From a virus (lineage: Duplodnaviria > Caudoviricetes), in IMG/VR virus record IMGVR_UViG_3300025137_005045: 64,000 nucleotides of DNA. One strand, given 5' to 3'. The translations under genes and the position numbers were made by a program. Shown here piece after piece: positions 47,071 to 56,624 of this stretch (the stretch's first letter is position 1; each line of letters begins with the position of its first letter). The notes under the pieces are model-generated. The model was not told the DNA's origin, did not search any database, and saw only the letters and a list, made by a program, of their open reading frames with translations.

Positions 47071-48389
47071 GAGCAAGACAATTTATACGAGAGTACTCCA
47101 GAGAAAAAACTCAGCAGGTGCATGGCGAGAAAATCATACAAGCACTACAGAGAGATAAGCAACCTCGTGCCGATTTAGATATATGGAACTTGCATTCAAG
47201 TAGTGGCAGTTGGAAAGACATGCACCCAAATTCCAAACAAGAGTTGTTAAACAAGATATTTGCTCAAATTGAATCAGGAGATCCTAGTAAAAACAAAGAA
47301 TACAGTCAATGGTTAGCACGTATGTATTCAAAAGGTGATACACCGCTAGAAGATATTAAAAGTAAGACACGAGACGATTTAGAAAAATATATAGCTCTCA
47401 AGTTAAGAAAGAAACTAAAGCCCGAACACAAAGATATTAATCAAATAAAAGCACCCATTAATCTATCACAGGCAATGGCTAACTACAGTGATGAAGAACT
47501 AGAAGCACCTGTTACAGACAAAGGTAGCAGTCGTGAAATTTATCGTGACAGTGCAATTAGAGTTATAGTGCCTAAGGATACAGCGGCGGCTTGTTATTAT
47601 GGTCAAGGGACTAAATGGTGTACTGCGGCACGCAGTAACAACATGTTTGATCAGTATCACAAGATGGGAGATATGTATATCATAATGCCTACTAAACCCA
47701 AGTACGAAGGCGAAAAGTATCAGTTCCATTTCCAAAGTGGACAGTTTATGGACGAGCAAGATCGTGATGTAGATATGTATAAGGTACTAAGACAGTATCC
47801 TTCAATACGTAATATTAAAACAATAACTGATTGGGCTAAACGTAAAACGGTACCAGCACTAATGACTGATGAAGATTATGCTGAGTGGAAAGACGAAAGC
47901 AATACACAGATACTTAACAATCGTGTAATGTACGGTGATATGTATACCTTAAGTTTAAATCAACCAGGCACTTCAATGGATTCCTGGACAATTAGTAGTA
48001 GTACTATTAAAATGTTAACTGAAAAAAGCATGATGAAAGAATCAGAATGGTCTCAGCTAGCAGGTACAGACTACATAGCCTATGGTTGGTTTGACACAAC
48101 CAGTAATACTTGTTTGGGTGTAACATATGCTGAACTAGGTGAAGATCCTGGATTTGCAGTTCAGACCATTGATAATGATCAGTTTGAAGAGGCAGTCGGG
48201 TTAAATGTTGAACCCGAAGTTGTAAAGCTAGAAAAATTCTTAAAAGGTATGGTACGAATAGAAAATGAAGCAATGGGGGATGGTTTAGCTAAAGAACAGT
48301 ATGACAAAGCAGTTAACCAACTGTTGGATAGTTATGGTTACCCAATGTCAGTAACAGGATATGTAGGTGGAGAGCCAGAGAGAGCATAA
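47067..48389 (+). CDS. CTS-bearing late protein with GTxWC (PcfJ-like) domain, paralog 1
   Basis: MRARQFIRE; AACYYGQGTKWCTAA; KYQFH..SGQFMDEQD. Confidence 0.7.
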   Translation: MRARQFIREYSREKTQQVHGEKIIQALQRDKQPRADLDIWNLHSSSGSWKDMHPNSKQELLNKIFAQIESGDPSKNKEYSQWLARMYSKGDTPLEDIKSKTRDDLEKYIALKLRKKLKPEHKDINQIKAPINLSQAMANYSDEELEAPVTDKGSSREIYRDSAIRVIVPKDTAAACYYGQGTKWCTAARSNNMFDQYHKMGDMYIIMPTKPKYEGEKYQFHFQSGQFMDEQDRDVDMYKVLRQYPSIRNIKTITDWAKRKTVPALMTDEDYAEWKDESNTQILNNRVMYGDMYTLSLNQPGTSMDSWTISSSTIKMLTEKSMMKESEWSQLAGTDYIAYGWFDTTSNTCLGVTYAELGEDPGFAVQTIDNDQFEEAVGLNVEPEVVKLEKFLKGMVRIENEAMGDGLAKEQYDKAVNQLLDSYGYPMSVTGYVGGEPERA

Positions 48390-49606
48390 TGAGAGCAAAA
48401 CAATTTATAATAGAATACGATAGAACTAAAACTGCACAGGCATTTGCCGCAAAGCTAGTTAATACTGCTATGCAAGACAACACTGTTCCGGGTGCTGTTA
48501 GAAAAAATATACAGGATAACATGACTCCTGTAGAAGCCGCTGAGATGATACTTAAAAATCAAATTGAAGTGGGTGATCCTACCAAACAGAAAAAGTATTC
48601 ACAAGCCCTAGCAAAGATGTATGCCAACGGTTTAATCAAATGGGAAGACATAGGTAGCACAATGCGTGACTACTTGACTAAGTTTGCTACTCTGGCAGTT
48701 AAAAAATTACTTAAACCTGAACACTCAGACTTTAATAGATTTAAAGATTTAAAATCATTCTATGATGTAGTTGATCAATATGAAGAGCCCGAAGGCAAAG
48801 AAAAGAGATCAAAAGGTGATGCCAAGGAAGTTTACAGAGATGCGAATGTGCGTGTCATACAGCCCGAGGACATGAATGCCGCTTGCTACTATGGACAGGG
48901 TACACGTTGGTGTACAGCCGCAGATAGTAATAATATGTTTGATAGATATAATCAAGATGGTGATATGTATATCATAATACCCACCAAAGCCACCCACGAA
49001 GGTGAGAAGTATCAGATACATCCTGCGTCAGGACAATACATGGACGAACAAGATCGTGATGTAGAAGCAGACGATTTAATAAAACGTTTTGGTCAAGACT
49101 TCAGAACATGGTGGTTAACTATAGACCCAGACCTAGGCGGACGTATAATATTTTTCCCTAATGAAGATGAACTTAGAAAAGCCTGTGAAGAAATTAAACA
49201 GATGAGTTTAGAATTCTTAAATGACGTTATGATAGATTGGGAAATGGATGATGAAACATATTATCAGTATCTTCAGGACGAGGGGTATGTTGATGAAGAA
49301 GGTGAGTACCAGGGTGATTATCCTTCATACACAGCATACAATGATTCTGCTGGTGCATATTATGGTAATGTTTACGGTGCCCTTGATATAACTGTAGATG
49401 AAGTGCGTGAACTAGCTAGACAAATTGAAGAAGATGACGGACGTAATCAATACATAGGCGATTTAGAAAATGTGTTTAGTATTAGTGTAGAAAACGCAAT
49501 AGATAGACAAGATGGATTACCAACTACAATATACAGACAGATACAAGTAACGCTTAAAAACGGTAAAATAACTGTAGAGTACATTCCACCACCTAAAAAA
49601 GATTAA
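48389..49606 (+). CDS. CTS-bearing late protein with GTxWC (PcfJ-like) domain, paralog 2
   Basis: MRAKQFIIE; AACYYGQGTRWCTAA; KYQIH..SGQYMDEQD. Confidence 0.7.
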   Translation: MRAKQFIIEYDRTKTAQAFAAKLVNTAMQDNTVPGAVRKNIQDNMTPVEAAEMILKNQIEVGDPTKQKKYSQALAKMYANGLIKWEDIGSTMRDYLTKFATLAVKKLLKPEHSDFNRFKDLKSFYDVVDQYEEPEGKEKRSKGDAKEVYRDANVRVIQPEDMNAACYYGQGTRWCTAADSNNMFDRYNQDGDMYIIIPTKATHEGEKYQIHPASGQYMDEQDRDVEADDLIKRFGQDFRTWWLTIDPDLGGRIIFFPNEDELRKACEEIKQMSLEFLNDVMIDWEMDDETYYQYLQDEGYVDEEGEYQGDYPSYTAYNDSAGAYYGNVYGALDITVDEVRELARQIEEDDGRNQYIGDLENVFSISVENAIDRQDGLPTTIYRQIQVTLKNGKITVEYIPPPKKD

Positions 49607-49639
49607 TAAATATTAGTATATAATACTCGGGGGAGTAAA

Positions 49640-49963
49640 GTGGCAGAAGATAAAAAAGTTGCAGTCCAAGCAACAGAAAAAAAACAAACAAAAAAAGTTA
49701 ATTTAGAACTAGAAGTAGATGCTACAGCAAAAGATCTAGGTGTTAGTCCTTATATAAATTGGGTACATATGGCTCGTGCTGTTGATGCATGGAGAATATT
49801 TCCAAGATTATTCTTAACTGTTTACATCATCTTATTATATAAATGTGTAATTTGGTATATGGCATTGCCTTTACCTACAATGGAACAATCAGGTTTAATC
49901 AGTATTGTAGTTGGTGCTGGTGCGGCATGGTTTGGACTTTACACAGGTTCAAGCAAAAAATAG
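49640..49963 (+). CDS. 2-TM membrane protein (holin candidate)
   Basis: GGGGAG SD, GTG start; WRIFPRLF TM1, TM2, basic C-terminus. Confidence 0.6.
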   Translation: MAEDKKVAVQATEKKQTKKVNLELEVDATAKDLGVSPYINWVHMARAVDAWRIFPRLFLTVYIILLYKCVIWYMALPLPTMEQSGLISIVVGAGAAWFGLYTGSSKK

Positions 49964-49985
49964 AACACTCCTTCCTTAGGACCGT

Positions 49986-50040
49986 GTAGCTTTGCTCCTG
50001 GCTTTAATTATTAGGAACAATAATTTAAAAGGAGCACTAC
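49986..50040. terminator. Long hairpin between convergent genes
   Basis: GTAG/CTAC, TGCTCCT/AGGAGCA, TTAATTATT/AATAATTTAA. Confidence 0.5.
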
Positions 50041-51036
50041 TCATTTCCAACCTAATTTATCAATACGATCTAAAATATTTTTACTGTACATCTCGTGAGT
50101 AAGTGGACCAGGATGGAGATCATCTGTGCCAAAATCTAAAAAGTTCGAATCAAAATCTGTGCCTGATCTCCCATTTATCATTATAAAATTTTTCCTGGAA
50201 GATAACATAGCACTAATTTCTACGCTATTGTGTAGTCCTACTAATAGCAAATCTACGCCAATTTTATCACAAACATTTTCTACTCTGTATATTGCTGATA
50301 GTGCTTCAAAAGTCCAATGATCTTCTAATAGACTAATTTCGGGTATTATTTTATCAAATTCTTTATTAGATTGATAATATCCACTGTTTATCATTTTAAT
50401 TGATTTGTTACGATACCAATAAAATCTTTCTGTACCGGTTAACCCCCATATTATTTTGTCGCCTTTTTTTAAATCAGCTCTTAAAAGTTGATCACTAGCA
50501 TACGATATACTACTACCTCCCATTGCTAAATCTATTGCAGGGAGATTAAGGTGTTTGCATACAGACTTCCAATATACTTTATCTTTATCTACTCCAACAG
50601 AAGCAGTTGTACTACATCCTGCTATCCATATATTTGAAGAATTAGAAACTCGACGTTGAGGAACTTCGGGCTTAAATTTGTAATTTTCTTCTGAAAAAGG
50701 AATATGTAAAGGTATGTTACTAGCATTAGAAGCTATTACAGAATAGTATAGAGAAAACCATGCCATGGAGTATTTTTTGTTTATAGTCTGTTTATCTGAC
50801 CAAAGATCATTGGCATTTTCAGACGGAGGATGAAATATAATTTCTGAAGATTTGAATAAAAGATTTATAAAACTTTTTAAATCAACATATCCGAGACTTA
50901 CATATACAACTCCACGATGTGTATCATTTACATTATTGGAATCTATCAAATATGCATCACTGTCTATATTTTTCGCATATTTACTGAGATATTCAGTGGT
51001 ATCACCGACTACTATTGTTAAATTTTTACTATACAC
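50041..51036 (-). CDS. Protein with C-terminal SGNH-like domain
   Basis: AGCSTT; GGSSI; DLHPG. Confidence 0.6.
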   Translation of the reverse strand: MYSKNLTIVVGDTTEYLSKYAKNIDSDAYLIDSNNVNDTHRGVVYVSLGYVDLKSFINLLFKSSEIIFHPPSENANDLWSDKQTINKKYSMAWFSLYYSVIASNASNIPLHIPFSEENYKFKPEVPQRRVSNSSNIWIAGCSTTASVGVDKDKVYWKSVCKHLNLPAIDLAMGGSSISYASDQLLRADLKKGDKIIWGLTGTERFYWYRNKSIKMINSGYYQSNKEFDKIIPEISLLEDHWTFEALSAIYRVENVCDKIGVDLLLVGLHNSVEISAMLSSRKNFIMINGRSGTDFDSNFLDFGTDDLHPGPLTHEMYSKNILDRIDKLGWK

Positions 51037-52981
51037 AATGTAATTGTTTCATTTTTGTTTCTTTAGTGATAAATGCTTTACCGAAATTACGTTTACGTCC
51101 ATACCAAAAGTCTTGTAAGAAACGATCAAATGTCATATCTTTATTTTCACGGAAGTCAAACTTGACCATGGTGGTTGAATCCAATGGTTCCTCATTGACA
51201 ATGTATCCAAAGAAGTCATAGTCAAATGTTTTTGCTAACGGATACTGCGTTAGTTTATCGTAGTTTAATACATATGTTCTATTGTAATCTAATAGTTGTG
51301 TCATTAACTTCTCAGGTAAGTCAAACGTTTTTCTAACAAATTGTTCTATTAGATCAAACACACGATCATGCTGATGATCTGCGTGCATGGTCATCGCTGT
51401 TCTGTGTATTAGATTCCAACCATGGATAGGAACTGTTCCACCAATTAACGGATGATTAATTCTACCTTTGTCTTTCCAATTATCGTAATATTTTCTAATT
51501 TCATCTTCTTCTTTTTTAAACCAATCATCTTGCTGTAAGAAAGGTATAAGTTTTTCATAAAATTCAGAATAGTCAATACTTTGATGTTTATGCAGGAATC
51601 TAGCTATCCAAGTTGTAAGTCCATTCATATGAAACGTGTTTATAAACCAATTGAATACTTGCGTGTCTACCATAATGTTTCTTGGCATTGTTCCTGTTGA
51701 CATAACAACTTCCACTGATTCTGCTAGACTATCATAGTTATAACTACCACTCATATAATCATATATAGGAACAGCTTCTAGTTTGTTCATTTTACGCTGT
51801 AGTAAATTCATTTCAGCATTTTCTAATAGCTGACACTGATGTATGGTAACACCTGTATGATTTCCTAAACGAAATAACGACCAAAGATTTTCTTTCCAGG
51901 TTTCCTGTGTTTCTCCAGGTAATCCTAATATAACTTCTGTGTCAACTGGTATACCATTCTTGTTACATAGATCAAATATTTCTGTAATATTATGTTGTCC
52001 TAGATTTTTACGTTTAATATTTTCTAAAACATCTAAGTTCATTGATTGTACTGATACTGTTAAACCTTGATTAAAGGATCCAGCTTTGAATAATTTTTGT
52101 ACTATTTTATATACATCTGCTTTTTGATTTTTAGCCCAAGTCATGCTTACACCTTGAGGAAATTTATACTTGGATTGAACTTCTAGTATTTTATCTGCTA
52201 TTTCATTGTCGCGATCACGGAACATACCAAAGTTAGCATCAGCAATAGTTATATAACCACATTTATTTTTACCTATCCATTCTATTTCGTCAAGCACACG
52301 ACTGTATTCAAACTTTTTAACTTTACCATATGTTAGACTACCCCAATCACAGAATGTACATTGATACGGACAACCTCTATTAGTTTCGATAGTGGCATTC
52401 CATTCTACTTTGCCCAATGTTTCTTTCATAAGTTTATCAAATACTCCTGTCAGATAAGGGCTAGGTACATCTTCGAGATCTTTTATTCTAGGAGCGTCTG
52501 GTGTTGCTACCCGTACTCCGTTTTTATTAAGTACAACACCGTTAATTTCTTCAAGGTCAGTGCCTTGATGTAATGCTACTAGTAAATTTCTAAATGTTAT
52601 TTCACCTTCTCGAACTACAACAAGATCCATGAAAGGATAAGTTTCAAAAACATTTTTCTTTTCATGTGGTATTTCTGGACCACCAAAAAATAGAAATACA
52701 TCTGGATTAACTTCTTTTAGTCGACGAGCAAGAGCATATATGTAATTACGATTCCACACATATGTTGAAAATCCAACTACTTTGTTATCTTTTAGCTGTT
52801 CAACATATTCTTCTATATCACGTCTTTCCCATATTAACTGATCTAACTCGTAATTATCTTTAACAACATCATCCTGCTGTGCATAACTCCATAGGATACC
52901 TGCACTATAGGGAAGATAGTGGGCATTAAGCTCTATAGGGCCTTGTTGAAAATTTGGTTGACACAGACTGACTTTTTTCAT
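51029..52981 (-). CDS. Cobalamin-binding radical SAM enzyme (class B-like)
   Basis: GFSTYVWN...GGPE; RGCPYQCTFCDW. Confidence 0.88.
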   Translation of the reverse strand: MKKVSLCQPNFQQGPIELNAHYLPYSAGILWSYAQQDDVVKDNYELDQLIWERRDIEEYVEQLKDNKVVGFSTYVWNRNYIYALARRLKEVNPDVFLFFGGPEIPHEKKNVFETYPFMDLVVVREGEITFRNLLVALHQGTDLEEINGVVLNKNGVRVATPDAPRIKDLEDVPSPYLTGVFDKLMKETLGKVEWNATIETNRGCPYQCTFCDWGSLTYGKVKKFEYSRVLDEIEWIGKNKCGYITIADANFGMFRDRDNEIADKILEVQSKYKFPQGVSMTWAKNQKADVYKIVQKLFKAGSFNQGLTVSVQSMNLDVLENIKRKNLGQHNITEIFDLCNKNGIPVDTEVILGLPGETQETWKENLWSLFRLGNHTGVTIHQCQLLENAEMNLLQRKMNKLEAVPIYDYMSGSYNYDSLAESVEVVMSTGTMPRNIMVDTQVFNWFINTFHMNGLTTWIARFLHKHQSIDYSEFYEKLIPFLQQDDWFKKEEDEIRKYYDNWKDKGRINHPLIGGTVPIHGWNLIHRTAMTMHADHQHDRVFDLIEQFVRKTFDLPEKLMTQLLDYNRTYVLNYDKLTQYPLAKTFDYDFFGYIVNEEPLDSTTMVKFDFRENKDMTFDRFLQDFWYGRKRNFGKAFITKETKMKQLHCV

Positions 52982-53045
52982 AATTTAATTATACTTGGTT
53001 AGCTAGTATTTAACAAGACCTAGCTTTATCAATATAAATATTTAT

Positions 53046-53336
53046 ATGGAAGAAAAATTTATTAAAGTTCATTTTAACCTCAACGTTGCACGTCTTAAAA
53101 AGCAAACAGCCGGATATCGATTATATGTTAACGATGAGCTATTTAACGAACGCACCTGGCGATGGGACACCTTTGTTTATCTAGAAGAAATGTTACAAAT
53201 CAAGGCAGTTCCTGGTAAATATAAAGTAACAATAGAAAAATATCATCCTAGCAAGGCAAGATTTGATATAAGCAATATGAGAGTTGAGCTAGGTAATGCT
53301 CGAATTATTGAAAACAATACTATAGAGATATTATAA
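53046..53336 (+). CDS. Hypothetical late protein
   Basis: TATAAATA-5nt-ATG. Confidence 0.7.
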   Translation: MEEKFIKVHFNLNVARLKKQTAGYRLYVNDELFNERTWRWDTFVYLEEMLQIKAVPGKYKVTIEKYHPSKARFDISNMRVELGNARIIENNTIEIL

Positions 53337-53337
53337 A

Positions 53338-53526
53338 ATGAAAATATTTGAAATTATTAAAGAAACTGCATCAGCTGGTACGACCACTGCTGGAAATATC
53401 GCTAGTGTTGCTAACCCACATGTGACCAAATACAAAGGTCCAAAGCCTAAAAAACAAAAACCCACAGACAACGCTCTAGATATGAAGGGAACTTCGATCT
53501 TTGGTGGCCCGCTCAAAAGAGTCTAA
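53338..53526 (+). CDS. Small protein with CTS-like N-terminus
   Basis: MKIFEIIKE-TASAGTTTAGNIASV. Confidence 0.7.
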   Translation: MKIFEIIKETASAGTTTAGNIASVANPHVTKYKGPKPKKQKPTDNALDMKGTSIFGGPLKRV

Positions 53527-53575
53527 TACTTTTCCTTAGTGATAAATATACTTAACGAAAAGGTTTAGGTATATT

Positions 53576-53806
53576 ATGAACATCAATGACTTTAATGAAG
53601 ACCAATTGGACCACGAGGTTCAAATGGCAAAATCAGATCTATTAGAACTAGCTAAGAATGCAATGCAAACTTACAAATTACTAGCAGAACACTATAACGA
53701 AGAGCGTGGGCTACCAGGCTGGGTACAATCAAAAGTAACCAAAGCCGACGACTATATGAGATCAGTACGTAAGTATCTTGAACATAAAGAAGATCACATG
53801 CTATGA
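53576..53806 (+). CDS. Small late protein, probably an internal head protein
   Basis: MNINDFNE; LPGWVQSKVTKADDY; TAAATA at 53543-53548. Confidence 0.7.
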   Translation: MNINDFNEDQLDHEVQMAKSDLLELAKNAMQTYKLLAEHYNEERGLPGWVQSKVTKADDYMRSVRKYLEHKEDHML

Positions 53807-54240
53807 TTGTAGAAGATTTAAAAGTATTGCTAGCAAGCTCATACAGCTACTCACTGAAAGCTCAATACTTTCATTGGAATGTGGAGGGACGTAGCTTTTC
53901 ACAATTGCATGAATTTTTTGGTGATGTGTATCATGAAGTATATGACAGCATTGACACCAATGCTGAATTAATAAGACAATTAGACAGTTATGCTCCTGGA
54001 AGTTACAATCGTTTCAGAGAATTATCAACAGTTGCTGATCAAACTAAAGTACCTAGAGCAAGCATGATGATCGAAGAATTACTTGAAGATACTAACAAGA
54101 TGTTAGACTTAACTAAACGTATGTTTACCGTAGCTGAACAAGAAAACGAGCAAGGTATAGCAGATTTTATAGCGGACCGTATAGATGCTTTCGCAAAACA
54201 CGCATGGATGATGCGTAGCTTTTTAAAGGCAAGAGATTGA
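53803..54240 (+). CDS. dps: Dps/ferritin-like DNA protection protein
   Basis: HWNVEG..F..LHEFFG..Y; D..AE; K..WM. Confidence 0.9.
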   Translation: MIVEDLKVLLASSYSYSLKAQYFHWNVEGRSFSQLHEFFGDVYHEVYDSIDTNAELIRQLDSYAPGSYNRFRELSTVADQTKVPRASMMIEELLEDTNKMLDLTKRMFTVAEQENEQGIADFIADRIDAFAKHAWMMRSFLKARD

Positions 54241-54241
54241 T

Positions 54242-55564
54242 ATGATATTAAACAATTTATTTGAATCAAAATATGGGGCGGCGGCAGGCGTAGAAACAAT
54301 ACGTCAATTATTGCATGCTGTGAAAAATTCAAAGGACATAGATCTTAAAGTAGGTCCGGAAATGTTTCCGTTGACATACGGTGATGCACGATACTTGCTA
54401 CAATATTTTAAAGCAAACAGAGAAGGTGGTGATGCTACTGCTGAATACTTTGGTGATGCTAACTGGATTGAAGGTATGTTAGCTAAACGTGATCACGCCA
54501 TGAGTCCAGATAGATTAAAAGACATGGATCAGGAGCGTATGAAATCAAAAGACTACGATCGTATGCTAGACATACAAGAAGGTGAAGTAAGAGATACACA
54601 TTGTTCACCCAAGTGTTGTGGAGCAGATGTAAAGGCAGAAGACTGTGGTTGTGCACCAGACTGTTCACATTGTAATTGTAATAAAGAAGAATTAGAAGAA
54701 TATTCACTTCAAGCTACTAATCAACAAGACAGAGAAGCAAAAATGAAATCATTGCAAGCATTGCTTACTGATCCTAACACCTCAAAAGATCCAGATTTAA
54801 AACGAGCAGTTATGCGTAGAATGGCACAACTATCAGAAGATCAGAAGTGGCCAGCAGAATACAAAGGTTGGAAGTATAGTGAAGACGTAGAGCAGTATGA
54901 TGATGTTAGTAAAAAATTCCATTATGCTACTAAAGATGGCAAGCAAGTGCCAATTGATTGGTCACCATATTCAACCATGAGCGATACACAATTTAAAACC
55001 TGGATTGACCTAGACATGCCAACACGTAAAGCAGTTAAGGGCATTGGTCCATTAGGTGCAACTGATCTAGAACAGTTAATGAAAACTAAACTAGGTACTC
55101 GAGCAAGACTAGCCCAAGAAGACAAACCAATGGATATTGAATTAGATGTGTTAAAATACACACGAGATGACATTGCCAAGGCAATTGCTATAGCAAGAGG
55201 AAGTAGTGGCGATATGACCGGTGCTACTGAGCGTATTGAAGCAATGGCAGACGGTTTATCAAATCATTCAGACGTGGCAAAAGTACTAAAAATTGCAAAT
55301 GAACAAAAAGAAGATGATATCACTAAAAAATTAGATCCTAAAACTAAACTAGCACTTAAAAAAGCACAAATGAGAACTGCTGGTGTTACCAAAGGCGACC
55401 CAATAGCCGCACTGGCAATGGGTTTAGAAAAAGATGTTGATCGTTTGGATAAAGAAAATGATCAAGAAGAAGCTGATATTGCAGGTCAGGCACTAGTTGA
55501 CAAGTATCACAATCAAGAGTTAGAACAACTTAAAAAAAGCCTAACCAATTTACTCAGAAAGTAA
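54242..55564 (+). CDS. Modular late protein with CTS-like start and internal xxE-bounded modules
   Basis: MILNNLFE; Cys-rich module HCSPKCCG...CGC..DCSHCNC. Confidence 0.7.
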   Translation: MILNNLFESKYGAAAGVETIRQLLHAVKNSKDIDLKVGPEMFPLTYGDARYLLQYFKANREGGDATAEYFGDANWIEGMLAKRDHAMSPDRLKDMDQERMKSKDYDRMLDIQEGEVRDTHCSPKCCGADVKAEDCGCAPDCSHCNCNKEELEEYSLQATNQQDREAKMKSLQALLTDPNTSKDPDLKRAVMRRMAQLSEDQKWPAEYKGWKYSEDVEQYDDVSKKFHYATKDGKQVPIDWSPYSTMSDTQFKTWIDLDMPTRKAVKGIGPLGATDLEQLMKTKLGTRARLAQEDKPMDIELDVLKYTRDDIAKAIAIARGSSGDMTGATERIEAMADGLSNHSDVAKVLKIANEQKEDDITKKLDPKTKLALKKAQMRTAGVTKGDPIAALAMGLEKDVDRLDKENDQEEADIAGQALVDKYHNQELEQLKKSLTNLLRK

Positions 55565-55577
55565 CCTACGCCAATTA

Positions 55578-56624
55578 ATGAAGGTTACAATATGCAATAG
55601 TTGGCAACTTGATCCTGTCAGGAATTATGATTCAGACTTTGAGATTAAAAGAATCTACCAGAGCATAATACTTGCTGAGATATTTAAACAATATAATCCC
55701 GCTGATCGAAAGTTAGATTTATATTTCACTGACAATCAATTCTCAAATCTTCTTTGTTTAGACATAGAAGAACTTAAAGGTATTCTCAATGATAAATTTG
55801 ATGAGATTACCTTTTACAGTGACAATCCATTAGACTGCTGTTCCGGCGAATTTAAATTAATAAAAACACTCGCAATTGAAGCAGATCATCTCTTTGTAGC
55901 AAGTACTGTGGAATCAAAGTTAGAATGCTCCTCCCCAAAATATAAATTTGGATTCTGCATACAACGTCCAGATCAACATAGATTAAGTTTGTTAGTTGGG
56001 CTATCAGATTTAAAAGAGTTAGACTTATTTTCTAAAATTGGCTTTAACGAACACACGTTAAACACCATTGACTATTGGAGACAATCGTGTGGAGATCAGG
56101 TATTAAGGCGTCATGGAATATCATATCTGGACTTTATAAAAAAGTTACAACACTTTAATCAAAGCGATTTAATTGATTTTATGAATCCAACTGTTGATGG
56201 ACACGAGCTGGATAACTTAGCACACAATCAAACTTGTCTTAATTTTTGTTTAGACATAGTGTGCGAATCAGCAGTCAGTGACAAAGTTTTTATACCAAGC
56301 GAAAAAGTATTAAGACCTATGCTGTTAAAACAACCTTTTGTTGTTTATTCTAGTCAATATTTTTACAAAAATTTACACAAATTAGGATTTAAAACGTTTA
56401 GCAGTCTCTGGAATGAAAGCTGGGACGAACTTGATCAACATTCGTTGTTTGACAAAACTAGACAAATAGTTGACACTATAACAGATATTAACAGTCGATA
56501 CACTATAGATCAATTATTTGAGTGTACTAAAGATATTAGAGAACATAACTATCAGAGATGTGTTGATCTATATACCAATGACATTGAATGGAATAAAGCA
56601 ATGCGAGAAATCATCAATGGTTGA
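55578..56624 (+). CDS. Glycosyltransferase-like (GT10-like C-terminus) protein
   Basis: DIVCES...SEKVLRPM..KQPF...GFKTF...ESWD. Confidence 0.5.
   Translation: MKVTICNSWQLDPVRNYDSDFEIKRIYQSIILAEIFKQYNPADRKLDLYFTDNQFSNLLCLDIEELKGILNDKFDEITFYSDNPLDCCSGEFKLIKTLAIEADHLFVASTVESKLECSSPKYKFGFCIQRPDQHRLSLLVGLSDLKELDLFSKIGFNEHTLNTIDYWRQSCGDQVLRRHGISYLDFIKKLQHFNQSDLIDFMNPTVDGHELDNLAHNQTCLNFCLDIVCESAVSDKVFIPSEKVLRPMLLKQPFVVYSSQYFYKNLHKLGFKTFSSLWNESWDELDQHSLFDKTRQIVDTITDINSRYTIDQLFECTKDIREHNYQRCVDLYTNDIEWNKAMREIING

Noticed and set aside
47067-49606. Paralog pair as a diversity-generating retroelement TR/VR
   Set aside because: No reverse transcriptase in the window; differences are not adenine-specific; both copies are full coding genes
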